Assembly: GCA_035534315.1 (NCBI GenBank)
Contig: DATLSD010000049.1
Span: 19,339 to 83,338, forward strand
Source: Elusimicrobiota bacterium
GTDB lineage: Bacteria; Elusimicrobiota; Elusimicrobia; UBA1565; UBA9628
Reading direction: 5' to 3'
Length of the DNA: 64,000 nt
Shown here: piece by piece, positions 42,836 to 51,977 of the stretch
How the letters are laid out: the number at the start of each line of letters is the position of its first letter
Position numbering within the stretch: position 1 is the first letter of the stretch
Translations under genes and position numbers: made by a program
The notes under the pieces: model-generated
Told to the model about the DNA's origin: nothing
Database searches by the model: none
Seen by the model: the letters and a program-made list of their open reading frames with translations, nothing else

Positions 42836-43540
42836 CTAAGGCGCGCACTGGAAATTCTTATTCAGAAGATTTCCGTAAAGAGAGTCCGTAGTGATGGTCG
42901 CGGGATCGATTTGACTCCAAAAGGCCAGGGCCTTTTTCAAGATATCCTGATTCGCGGGGTCAAGCTGTTCGGGATTGCCGTAGCGAACTTGCCCGTCTAG
43001 GGCAATAGTGAAGTTGCTAGACGGCCCTTCTTTACCCACCGAAATTGATTCCTCGTATTGCGTGCCGTCGGGGGAGAGCTTCAGGTTGACGTCCAGAACG
43101 AACAGGCGGTTACCGAGCTCGGAGTCCAGCAATTGATTGCTCTGGGACAGCGCCTTGTTAGAGGAATAGAAAAGACGCTCAAGGTAGCCATTCGTCTCGG
43201 AGGTGCTTAAGGTCGGGCTTCCACCGGTTGATTGGCAGCCCTGCAACTCCCGCATATAGTCATGGCTATCAGAGGTCTCGACGGGAGCCACTGTCGCCAC
43301 GGCCGCCGCTAATGCCTGCAATTTATTCATCATCTTCGGGTCCAGAGTCTCAATGATGCCGGCCGGGGGCGGAATCTTAATTTCCAAGGATTCCGCCGTG
43401 GTTTTCCTGAGCTTGGCGACGAATTCTTTGAGATTGGCGTTTTTTCCGGAATCAAAGCCGATTGACTGCGCCGCCGCGACGCCGCGCACCATGCCCATGG
43501 CTAAAATAAAAAGGCCGACGACACTGGCTATCTTTTTCAC
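42836..43540 (-). CDS. hypothetical secreted protein (lower-GC; paralogue of 45497-46096)
   Basis: I chose the GTG at 43540, with GGGGGT 6 nt upstream, giving the signal peptide 'KKIASVVGLFILAMGMVRGVAAA'. It shares the motifs 'F[DQ]SG', 'TLDPKxMxxL', 'PDG' and 'KKxAxxFW' with the 45497-46096 product. Confidence 0.65.
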   Translation of the reverse strand: MKKIASVVGLFILAMGMVRGVAAAQSIGFDSGKNANLKEFVAKLRKTTAESLEIKIPPPAGIIETLDPKMMNKLQALAAAVATVAPVETSDSHDYMRELQGCQSTGGSPTLSTSETNGYLERLFYSSNKALSQSNQLLDSELGNRLFVLDVNLKLSPDGTQYEESISVGKEGPSSNFTIALDGQVRYGNPEQLDPANQDILKKALAFWSQIDPATITTDSLYGNLLNKNFQCAP

Positions 43541-43734
43541 TCTTTTACCCCCAAACCCGCGAATTCGCGATTTATGAATCTTCAATAGTATAAGATGATG
43601 GCTTCGCCTATTCCTGGGTCTTTAAGTCTGATAATAGAAATCGATGGACCCAGGGGAAACAGGGACTTTCGACCCATGCCCGCGCCAAGCGCCGGGAATA
43701 GCCGCCGCTCCGCGCGATTTGTTATCATAGCGTC

Positions 43735-45426
43735 ATGGCCAGCACCGTCGATACCAAGCAGATCATCTATTCCTTAATAGATGTCGGGCGCATCCACCCA
43801 CCCAAGAAGCAGGTTTTAAAGGGCATCTACCTTTCCTTTTATTACGGCGCCAAAATCGGCGTGCTGGGCGACAACGGATCGGGCAAATCGACGCTGCTGC
43901 GCATCATGGCGGGGCAGGACCCCGACTACACCGGAGAAATCACCCAGTCCAAGGGCTACACCGTCGGGCTTCTGGAGCAGGAGCCCAAGCTCGATCCGGA
44001 GAAGACCGTGAAAGAAACGGTGGCCGAGGGCGTGGGCGAAACCATGAAGCTGCTGAGCGAGTTCAACGAGATCAGCGACAAGCTGGCCTCGCCGGAGCTT
44101 TCGCCCGAGGACATGGAAAAGCTTTTGGACAAGCAGGGCAAACTGCAGGAAAAAATCGAGGCCGCGGGCGCCTGGGAAATCGACAACACCCTGGCCGTGG
44201 CCATGGACGCGCTGCGCTGCCCTCCCGAGGATCAGAAGTGCGGCGAGCTCTCCGGCGGCGAGAAGCGCCGCGTGGCCCTGTGCAGGCTGCTGTTGTCCAA
44301 GCCCGACATCCTCTTGCTCGATGAGCCCACCAACCATCTGGACGCCGAGTCCGTGGAGTGGCTGGAGCAGCACCTGCGCCAATACCAGGGCACGGTCATA
44401 GCGGTCACGCACGACCGCTATTTCCTGGACAACGTGGCCGGCTGGATTTTAGAGCTCAACCGCGGCGAGGGCATCCCTTATAAAGGAAACTACGCCTCGT
44501 GGCTCGAGCAGAAGCAGGCGCGCCTGGCGCAGGAAGCCAAGTCCGAGGGCAAGCTGCAAAAAACGCTGGCCAAGGAGCTCGAATGGGTCCGCTCCGGCGC
44601 CAAGGGCCGCCAGGCCAAGAGCAAGGCGCGGCTCTCCGCCTACGATAAAATGCTCGAGGACTCCAAGAAGGAAAAAGTCGCGGATGAGCTCGAGATTTAC
44701 ATCCCGCCGGGCCCGCGCCTGGGCGACGTGGTCATCGAGGCCAAGGGCGTGACGAAGGCTTATGGCGACAAGGTGCTCTTCGACGATTTGTCCTTCCGCC
44801 TGCCGCCCAACGGCATCGTGGGCGTCGTCGGCGCCAACGGCGCGGGGAAAACCACGCTCTTTAAGCTCATCACCGGCAAGGAGAAGGCCGACGCCGGCGC
44901 CTTTTCCGTCGGCCCCACGGTCAAGCTGGGCTACGTGGACCAAGGGCGCGAGCTCGACGGCGAGAAAAACGTCTGGGAAGTCATCTCGGACGGCCTAGAC
45001 GTGGTGAGCCTGGGAACGGTGCAAATGCCGTCGCGCTCCTATGTCGGACGCTTTAATTTCGCCGGCCAGGACCAGCAGAAGCTGGTCAAGAATCTTTCCG
45101 GCGGCGAGAGAAACCGCGTGCACATGGCGCGCATGCTCCGCGAAGGCGCCAACGTTCTTCTCTTAGACGAGCCCACCAACGACTTGGACGTGCACACGCT
45201 GCGCGCGCTCGAAGACGCCATCACCAGCTTCGCGGGCTGCGCCGTGGTCATCACCCACGACCGGTGGTTCTTGGACCGCATCGCCACGCACATCCTCGCC
45301 TTCGAGGGGGATTCCAAAGTGGTGTGGTTCGAGGGTAACTACCAGGCCTACGAGGAAGACCGCAAGGCGCGCGTGGGCGACGTCGCCCCCAAACGCATCC
45401 GTTACAAGAAGTTGACGCGCAGCTAG
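43735..45426 (+). CDS. ettA: ABC-F translational throttle ATPase EttA
   Basis: 563 aa with two ABC cassettes ('GDNGSGKSTLLRIMAG', 'LSGGEKRRVALCRLL', 'GANGAGKTTLFKLITG', 'LSGGERNRVHMARML') and the N-terminal 'IYSLIDVGRIHPPKKQVLKGIYLSF' typical of EttA. Confidence 0.93.
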   Translation: MASTVDTKQIIYSLIDVGRIHPPKKQVLKGIYLSFYYGAKIGVLGDNGSGKSTLLRIMAGQDPDYTGEITQSKGYTVGLLEQEPKLDPEKTVKETVAEGVGETMKLLSEFNEISDKLASPELSPEDMEKLLDKQGKLQEKIEAAGAWEIDNTLAVAMDALRCPPEDQKCGELSGGEKRRVALCRLLLSKPDILLLDEPTNHLDAESVEWLEQHLRQYQGTVIAVTHDRYFLDNVAGWILELNRGEGIPYKGNYASWLEQKQARLAQEAKSEGKLQKTLAKELEWVRSGAKGRQAKSKARLSAYDKMLEDSKKEKVADELEIYIPPGPRLGDVVIEAKGVTKAYGDKVLFDDLSFRLPPNGIVGVVGANGAGKTTLFKLITGKEKADAGAFSVGPTVKLGYVDQGRELDGEKNVWEVISDGLDVVSLGTVQMPSRSYVGRFNFAGQDQQKLVKNLSGGERNRVHMARMLREGANVLLLDEPTNDLDVHTLRALEDAITSFAGCAVVITHDRWFLDRIATHILAFEGDSKVVWFEGNYQAYEEDRKARVGDVAPKRIRYKKLTRS

Positions 45427-45496
45427 GCCTTTCGGGCTTCGCCCAAAGACCCAAACGGCTCTTGAGCGGCCACGACGGGAGTCCTACAATAAAGGC

Positions 45497-46096
45497 ATGA
45501 AAACCAAAACGGCGGTTTGGCTCGCTTTTTCCATCTCGCTCGTGGCTGCGGCCTCCGGCCTGACCAGAGCCGCGAATTTCCAGTCCGGAACGGAACTCTT
45601 TTCCAACGCCGCTCCCGTCGCGGCGGCCTTGGCCGCGCGCGCCAAAGCGTCCTTCACCCAGAGCCAGAACGAGGCGGCGGCGACGCTCGACCCTAAAACC
45701 ATGTCCGAATTGACGTCCGTCGCGAAGAAAATATACCGGAAGAACGGCGAGAGATGGAAGCGCGGCGGCATGCGCCATGCCCACTTTGACATTCAGGTCA
45801 ACGCCGCCAGCGTCAGCGGCAAATCCATGCTTCAATCCATCGTCATATCAGTCAATCCCTGGAAGATCGAGACCAAATGCACAACCAGGTTCTTAAGCGC
45901 GAGAAAGTGCCTCTTCGATAAATTTTCGCCCTTGCTGATGACCGTGGTAATCCATCCTGACGGCAACATGCTGGTCATCTCCGATCCCGGCTACGGGAAG
46001 CACACCAAGGAAGAGATGATCGACTACGCCAAGAAATACGCCGTCGGGTTCTGGCTGGGCCGATTTTCCAAGCCGGTATTTTTCCCGCTCTTCTAG
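45497..46096 (+). CDS. hypothetical secreted protein (lower-GC; paralogue of 42836-43540)
   Basis: Signal peptide 'AVWLAFSISLVAAASG' and shared motifs with the 42836-43540 product. Its TAG stop is shared in a CTAG palindrome with the convergent gene. Confidence 0.65.
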   Translation: MKTKTAVWLAFSISLVAAASGLTRAANFQSGTELFSNAAPVAAALAARAKASFTQSQNEAAATLDPKTMSELTSVAKKIYRKNGERWKRGGMRHAHFDIQVNAASVSGKSMLQSIVISVNPWKIETKCTTRFLSARKCLFDKFSPLLMTVVIHPDGNMLVISDPGYGKHTKEEMIDYAKKYAVGFWLGRFSKPVFFPLF

Positions 46097-46494
46097 CCGC
46101 TGACTTTCCAGGGCATCGGGTCGGGCGGCGGGTCGTGATTGAGGATCCGGGCCACTTCTTTTTTGAGCGTCTCCACGTCGTAGGGCTTGGTCATGTACAT
46201 GACCGCGCCCAGGTCCAGCGCCATCTTGGCCGTGACCACGTCGTCGGCGCTGGTGAGCATGATGATGGGAAGACTGGGCTTCAAGGCGTGCAAAGTGGAA
46301 AGAACCTCCAAGCCGCCCATGCCGGGCATGGATACATCTAGAAGCACCAAGGCGGGATTGACGCCGGCGAAAATTCCCAGAGCCTCCTCGCCGCCGCCCG
46401 CCTCTATGACGGCCTCGCAACAGCCGTCAAGAACGAAGGAAAGCGTTTTGCGGACGTCCGGATCGTCGTCTACGATCATGACCTTTCCGGCCAT
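46093..46494 (-). CDS. single-domain response regulator (CheY-like receiver)
   Basis: 'KVMIVDDDPDVRKTL', a phospho-acceptor 'LVLLDVSMPGMGG' and 'IIMLTS...KMALDLGAVMYMTKP'. There is no output domain. Confidence 0.88.
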   Translation of the reverse strand: MAGKVMIVDDDPDVRKTLSFVLDGCCEAVIEAGGGEEALGIFAGVNPALVLLDVSMPGMGGLEVLSTLHALKPSLPIIMLTSADDVVTAKMALDLGAVMYMTKPYDVETLKKEVARILNHDPPPDPMPWKVSG

Positions 46495-46541
46495 GACCGG
46501 ATTATAACCCCTTTTCGCCTCCGCCGCCAGTAGGTGTCAGG

Positions 46542-47351
46542 CTACTGCTGCTGCCACCAGGGTTTCTGCGCGGGCGCGGCCGGGGCGGGAGACCCCGCAG
46601 GAGCCTGATTGTCCGCGGGAACCTGCCCGGTCGCGGCCGCGGGCGCGGGCGGCGTCGGGCTTTGGCGCATCAAATCCGCCAAATCATCGCGGTCGCCGAT
46701 TAAGTCCTTCGCGATTTGGGCCATCGCCATCTGGAACGCCGCGTCAGGCCCGGCGTCGGTCGTGCAGTGGACCACGGTGGGGATCAGGAACAGATTGAAG
46801 GGGAAGAGTCCCGGAAACGGCCAGTAGCTGCACTGGCCCTTGGATGTTTCGGAATAACTTTTGAGCATCATCCCCTGGGTGTTGTCCACTTCCAGGTGGA
46901 CTTCCGCGCTGATATCGTTGCTCGCCTGGCCCAAAGGCAGGATGCAAAAGTCGATGAACGGAACGATGCAGGGCGGAATAATAAAACTGATGGGATTTTG
47001 ATCCGTTTTATCGAGATAAGAAGTTCTAACGATAAGGCTCGCGCCGAGCACATTGCCCTGTCCGGCGCGCTCGACTTCCTTGAACACTCCCGTCTGCTTG
47101 AGCGCGGTCATGATTTCGTTCGACTTCTGATCGATTTCGTCCGGTTGGCCGTCTTGGATGACCACGTTGAGCAGGGCCGCGCGCGTCGGCAGGGGCGCCT
47201 CGCTCGACTGCGGCATGGAGACCGGCGGCGGGGGTTCGATGTTGTAGCCGCAGCCGGAGAAGCCCAAAGAAAAAAACAGGACCGCGGCGGACGCAAGCAG
47301 CGCGGAGAAGAATTTAAAACGGGCGTCGGACTGGCTGGTGATGGTTTTCAT
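46542..47351 (-). CDS. hypothetical lipoprotein
   Basis: The SD GGAGG lies 7 nt upstream. It has the lipobox 'FSGC' and a Pro/Ala-rich C-terminal tail ending 'KPWWQQQ'. Confidence 0.7.
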   Translation of the reverse strand: MKTITSQSDARFKFFSALLASAAVLFFSLGFSGCGYNIEPPPPVSMPQSSEAPLPTRAALLNVVIQDGQPDEIDQKSNEIMTALKQTGVFKEVERAGQGNVLGASLIVRTSYLDKTDQNPISFIIPPCIVPFIDFCILPLGQASNDISAEVHLEVDNTQGMMLKSYSETSKGQCSYWPFPGLFPFNLFLIPTVVHCTTDAGPDAAFQMAMAQIAKDLIGDRDDLADLMRQSPTPPAPAAATGQVPADNQAPAGSPAPAAPAQKPWWQQQ

Positions 47352-47391
47352 CGGGGTACCTCCGATGTGGTTTCTGGCGGCGTTTGTCGGC

Positions 47392-48597
47392 TTAGCGGCG
47401 GGAGCGTCTCTTGAACCGGCTCCAGTTCATGTCGCGGAAGGTTTTGGGCCGCGGCGGAGTGAGCACGGGCTTTATCGTGTAGGTAAAGTTGGGCAGCACC
47501 GCGCGGGGAAACACCGTCCCCACGAAGCGCTCAATCGAACTCAAAAAGGGCTGCTCGTCCGGAGTCATCAAGGTGATGGCGTCGCCCACGCCCTGCGCGC
47601 GCGCGGTGCGGCCCACGCGGTGGACGTAGTCCTCGGGATGCCGCGGCACGTCGTAGTTGACCACGTGGCTGATGTCGCGCACGTCGATGCCGCGCGCCGC
47701 GATGTCGGTGGCGACCAAAATCTGCGTCTTGCCCTCGCGGAAAGAATCCATGGCCTGGGTGCGCTGGCCCTGGGTGCGGTCGGCGTGCAGCACGCCGATG
47801 GAAAATCCTTTTTCCTTCAAGCGCTTGGACAGGCGGTCGGCGCCGTGTTTGGTGCGGCAGAATACCACCGCCGAGCGGATTTGCGCGGCCTGCAAAACGG
47901 CGACCAAGAGCTCGCCTTTTTGGCCTTGATTGACGGGATAAACGATCTGGTTGATGCCCGTGGCCACGGTGGTGGGCTTGGCGATTTCCACGCGCCGCGG
48001 GTCCTTCATGGCGAAGGCCGCCACGCGGTCGATGTCCGGGCCCAAGGTCGCCGAGAACATCATGGTCTGGCGGTTCTTGGGCAGGCGGCCGATGATGGCG
48101 CGGATGTCGGGCAGAAAGCCCATGTCCAACATGCGGTCGGCTTCGTCTAGGACCAGCATGTCGATGCGGTCCAAGCGAATGGTTCCCTGCTGGATGTGAT
48201 CCTTCAAACGCCCCGGCGTCGCCACCACGATGGAAGCGCCCTGGGCCAGGGCCTGTTTTTGCCCGTGGTAGCCCACGCCGCCGATGACCACCGCGATCTT
48301 AAAGGGAGTGAAGCGTCCGCAGTCGCGGAAGGAAGTTTCCACCTGGGCGGCCAGTTCGCGGGTGGGCACTAAAATCAGCGCGCGCACGCCCGGCCCCGGC
48401 TTATGCAGGAGGTGCTGGAGCACCGGCAGGGCGAAGGCCGCGGTCTTGCCGCTGCCCGTCTGCGCGCAGCCGAGGATGTCCCGGCCCTCCAGCGCGACGG
48501 GAATAGCTTGGATTTGAATCGGGGTAGGATCGGTATAGCCCATGGCGCGCACGCCGCGCATTAGGTCCGGGTGAAGGTTCATGTTCTGGAATGACAT
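47392..48597 (-). CDS. DEAD-box ATP-dependent RNA helicase (RhlE-like)
   Basis: I chose the ATG at 48597. It has a Q-motif region, 'AQTGSGKTAAFALP', 'VLDEADRMLDMGF', 'MFSATL' and 'HRVGRTARAQ', with a basic C-terminal tail. Confidence 0.92.
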   Translation of the reverse strand: MSFQNMNLHPDLMRGVRAMGYTDPTPIQIQAIPVALEGRDILGCAQTGSGKTAAFALPVLQHLLHKPGPGVRALILVPTRELAAQVETSFRDCGRFTPFKIAVVIGGVGYHGQKQALAQGASIVVATPGRLKDHIQQGTIRLDRIDMLVLDEADRMLDMGFLPDIRAIIGRLPKNRQTMMFSATLGPDIDRVAAFAMKDPRRVEIAKPTTVATGINQIVYPVNQGQKGELLVAVLQAAQIRSAVVFCRTKHGADRLSKRLKEKGFSIGVLHADRTQGQRTQAMDSFREGKTQILVATDIAARGIDVRDISHVVNYDVPRHPEDYVHRVGRTARAQGVGDAITLMTPDEQPFLSSIERFVGTVFPRAVLPNFTYTIKPVLTPPRPKTFRDMNWSRFKRRSRR

Positions 48598-48628
48598 TGA
48601 CTCATTATAGTTTATTATCATCATCATT

Positions 48629-49453
48629 ATGAGCGACGGCGAACAAATAGCCGAAGGCGGGCGCTTCGCGGTCGTCGCGGCCGAGGCAGAAGCCTGGAAC
48701 GCGGCCGCCGCGGCCAAGGCCCTGGCCGCGGCCTTGAAGACCCCGGCGGTGGATCAAATCGCCCGCGCCCGCCGCGCCTGGGGCGTCCTGGCGGAAAATC
48801 TGGACCGCCAAGCCGCGGACGATTTGGCCTTGAGCCTGGCCGAGAACGGCCTGCCCGCCGTGCCGGCGCCGCAACGCCTCATCCAACCGCCGCCGCGCGC
48901 CTTGGTGGCCAAGACCATCTCCTGGGACGACGCGGGACTGCGCGCCGTGGCGGGCGGCGCGGCGTTGGAACCGGTGGCCTGGGCGGACATCGCGGTCTTG
49001 GCCGCCGCGTCTTTGCCGCAGACCGTTACACGAACGATTAAGATCGCGCCCGAGATGGACTTGGGCAAGGAAGCCTTGAAGCTCGGCCTGACCTTGGTCA
49101 CTGGAATTCCCATGATGGGCGGGGGGGAAAAAGAGGAGACCAAGGTCGTGCGCACATCCGACGTCACGCTGGTCTTCGACTTGGCGGCGCCCGGACTATG
49201 CCTACGCGTGCTGGCGGACAGCTTCGACTACACCAGCCTTGGAGCGCTTAAAACCTACGGCGCCGCGGCCAACTTCAGAATATTGTTTGGCGAAATCGCC
49301 AAGCGCGCGACGGCCGCCATTTTCAACCGCGGCGCGCGGCTCCTGCTTGAAGGCAAGCCGCTGCGCGATTTGGGCCACGAGTCCGAGGACGACTTGAACC
49401 GCGAGGACCGCTGGCTCTGGGCCCTGGCCGAGCGCCGCCGCGGAACGGCGTAA
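48629..49453 (+). CDS. hypothetical protein (no signal peptide evident)
   Basis: A 274-aa ORF with GC3-rich codon usage, divergent from the helicase across a 31-nt AT-rich spacer. No family was recognised. Confidence 0.6.
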   Translation: MSDGEQIAEGGRFAVVAAEAEAWNAAAAAKALAAALKTPAVDQIARARRAWGVLAENLDRQAADDLALSLAENGLPAVPAPQRLIQPPPRALVAKTISWDDAGLRAVAGGAALEPVAWADIAVLAAASLPQTVTRTIKIAPEMDLGKEALKLGLTLVTGIPMMGGGEKEETKVVRTSDVTLVFDLAAPGLCLRVLADSFDYTSLGALKTYGAAANFRILFGEIAKRATAAIFNRGARLLLEGKPLRDLGHESEDDLNREDRWLWALAERRRGTA

Positions 49454-49532
49454 AGATCGCCCCGCGCGGTCGTCACGTGGAATTTACACGCCTGCCATGG
49501 GCCGCGCGCGCGCCGCTTGATACCATGAGGTC

Positions 49533-50243
49533 ATGAAAATAAAAAAATCACTGATGTCTTTCCTTGCCGCCGCCTGCGTATTGGCCGCTGGTTCGGTCCG
49601 CGCGCAGATAAATTGGGACGGAGCCGCCGGCTCCAACGACGCCGCCGCCCAAAAAATACTGGCCTCGGTCAAGGCCCAAGGCCGGACGCTGGGAGCGCGC
49701 GGCCGCCAAAGCGACCCCAACGCCAACCCGCAGTTCACCCCATGGTATAGTTTCGACAACTACGAGGCGGTCCCCGAGGGCTGCCCGGTGTCTCGTCTCT
49801 CCGGAACACCCACCGCGAACACCCTAGTCAAGGAAAACCTGACGCTTTATCCCGTCCATGACGGTCCGCCCAACCTCTACGCCCAGTTGGTCCTGGCCGA
49901 CAACGGCGTGGGGCCGATTGAATGGCGCAACGACCCTTCGACCATCCCGCCGGTTCTTCTCAGGGTGACCATCGGGACCGATCCTTCGCACATCAAACAG
50001 ACCTTCATCTACGCGCTCCCGCGGCTGAAGTTCGAGCCCTTCAACGGGGAAGAAGTTTACGAGGGCAAGACTCCCGTCGCCCGATATTGGAACGGGGCTT
50101 TGGAACTCCTGCCCGGCCGCAGCTTTCAATTCCGGATCAAATACGTCTCATCCACGATGCCCCTGGGCGGGGACGACTACGTCGGCGTGGTCAAGGGCTA
50201 CTTGGAAGCGGCGCTGGTCGGCGGAAATCCCTGGTGCCGCTGA
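49533..50243 (+). CDS. hypothetical secreted protein
   Basis: GAGG upstream, and the signal peptide 'SLMSFLAAACVLAAGSVRA'. No family was recognised. Confidence 0.68.
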   Translation: MKIKKSLMSFLAAACVLAAGSVRAQINWDGAAGSNDAAAQKILASVKAQGRTLGARGRQSDPNANPQFTPWYSFDNYEAVPEGCPVSRLSGTPTANTLVKENLTLYPVHDGPPNLYAQLVLADNGVGPIEWRNDPSTIPPVLLRVTIGTDPSHIKQTFIYALPRLKFEPFNGEEVYEGKTPVARYWNGALELLPGRSFQFRIKYVSSTMPLGGDDYVGVVKGYLEAALVGGNPWCR

Positions 50244-50244
50244 G

Positions 50245-50934
50245 CTAGACGCCCGGCACGGCGGGGTTGGCGATGGGGGGAGTCTTCGGCGCCAGACGCG
50301 CGAACTTGGCTTGGTCCCGGAGCGCGTCCTCGATGTTCTTGTCGATTTTAAGGTAGAGGCGGCGCAGAGCCTCCGAGACCGCGGCGGGCTCAAGCGGCGA
50401 CGGCACCGTCTCCTGCACGCGCAGGTCCTGCTCCCAAATTTGATCGCTGAAGGGCTCCGAGGCGTCGTAGCGCATGAGCGCGCGGATTTCCACATCGAGG
50501 TTGAGGCTCTTCTTGCCGGCCTTCCGGCCTGCGGTGCCGGACCCCGCGTCCGCGTCGCTCGCGTCCTCGATTTGGCCCACAATCAAGAGCTTGTCGCCGT
50601 CTTGGACGGCCTGCCACTCGTCCTGCACCACCTCGACCGAGCGCACAAGCCCGCCCGCGGCGATATCGCGCGCTAAATCCCGGGTCAAATTCTTGGGGGA
50701 GAGCTTGGGGCAGTTGCCGTCGCCGGACGCGGTCAGCTCCACCGCGCTTTGATCCGCCGGCGGCGGGCCGTAGGGCGTGAGGTCTCGCAGGGGCATGAGC
50801 GCGGCCTTAATCGGAAAACGCGGCGCGCGCTTGGCCAGCGGGAAGTTGGGCGTATAATCCAGGCTTGATTGGCCACAGCCGGGGAGAATCGCCAGCGCGG
50901 CCGCCGAAGCCAGGAGCGCGAGGAAGCGTTTCAT
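50245..50934 (-). CDS. hypothetical lipoprotein
   Basis: Lipobox 'LPGC'. It is convergent with the preceding gene, with only 1 nt between the stops. Confidence 0.68.
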   Translation of the reverse strand: MKRFLALLASAAALAILPGCGQSSLDYTPNFPLAKRAPRFPIKAALMPLRDLTPYGPPPADQSAVELTASGDGNCPKLSPKNLTRDLARDIAAGGLVRSVEVVQDEWQAVQDGDKLLIVGQIEDASDADAGSGTAGRKAGKKSLNLDVEIRALMRYDASEPFSDQIWEQDLRVQETVPSPLEPAAVSEALRRLYLKIDKNIEDALRDQAKFARLAPKTPPIANPAVPGV

Positions 50935-51045
50935 GCGTGCGCCAAGATTCTATCTCTTTCTTCGCCGATTTGCCGAAGCGCTCCGCAAAGGCTTGCCGCG
51001 TCCCATCATGATAAATAAAATAAATCCCGCGTTCAAAAAACAGGA

Positions 51046-51977
51046 ATGATCGCAAAACGGGCGGTTTATCTGCTGGCGTCCACGGCAGTCGCGCTGATCC
51101 TCGCCGAGGCGCTGCGCCTGGGCCGCTACGCGCTCGCCTCCCGCTATTTCGACAAGGTCCTCGACATGCCTCGGCAGGACAACTTCGACCGGGCGACCGA
51201 CGAGCAAAACGCCTTCATCCGCCGCATCGCCGGGCAGTACGGCATACCCCTGGTCGAGGAAGTTCGAATATTCCGCGCGCACTCGCCGCACGGCCTGATG
51301 GGGAGCAACCTCTTTTCCGACGGCCAGCACCCCAACACTGAAGGCTACGTGCTCTTGACCAACGCATTCTCGGAGGCCGCCGCGCGCAGGCTCCGCGCGC
51401 CCGTGCGCCCCTTCTTGAACGCCCAAGACCTCATCCGCCGAGCCGGGCTCACGCCCCAAGATCTCGCCGCCGCCTTCGTCAACTCAGGGCAGTGGCTCTT
51501 CAGCGTCTCGGCCCTGCATTACTATCCCGGGCAGCGCCTCGACCTGCGCAAGAGCGCTTCGCCCAGGCTCTCAAGATTTCTCCAGACGACTTTCACGCCT
51601 GGCCTGGTCTAGGCCTAGTCCAGGCCGCGAGAAACGGGGACTTCATGGCCGACCTCGCAAATCTGCGCGTCTTGGCCCGCTACCATCTCTTCTACAACGA
51701 CTACTATTCAACCATCGGGCGCGAACTTCCCGCCGTCCTCGCCTTCCTACGTGCCAACAAGGTCCCCGCGTCACTTTTGAGGAAAATCAAGGCATCTTTT
51801 CGCTCAGGGCGATCTTCCGAACCATGCGCATCGCCATGTTCGCGCGCGGCCAGCACGGCCGCCGAATGTCCGGGGGTTTTCGCCGGTTCAGGCCTTCTTG
51901 CGGTAGCCGGCCGGAACCTCGAAGTCGCTTTCAGGCAGGCTCTTCACCTTGACGGACTCGACCACGGTGCGAACTGA
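51046..51977 (+). pseudogene. possible frameshifted/degenerate gene: TM + SGNH-hydrolase remnant joined to TPR-like segment
   Basis: ORF 51046-51612 contains only the SGNH block V-like 'SDGQHPNTEGY' and no GDS block. Near 51545 the sense continues in another frame (ORF 51492-51977) as 'AQERFAQALKISPDDFHAWPGLGLVQAARNGDF...', which is TPR-like. The last ~90 nt overlap the convergent gene and look non-coding. Confidence 0.35.
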
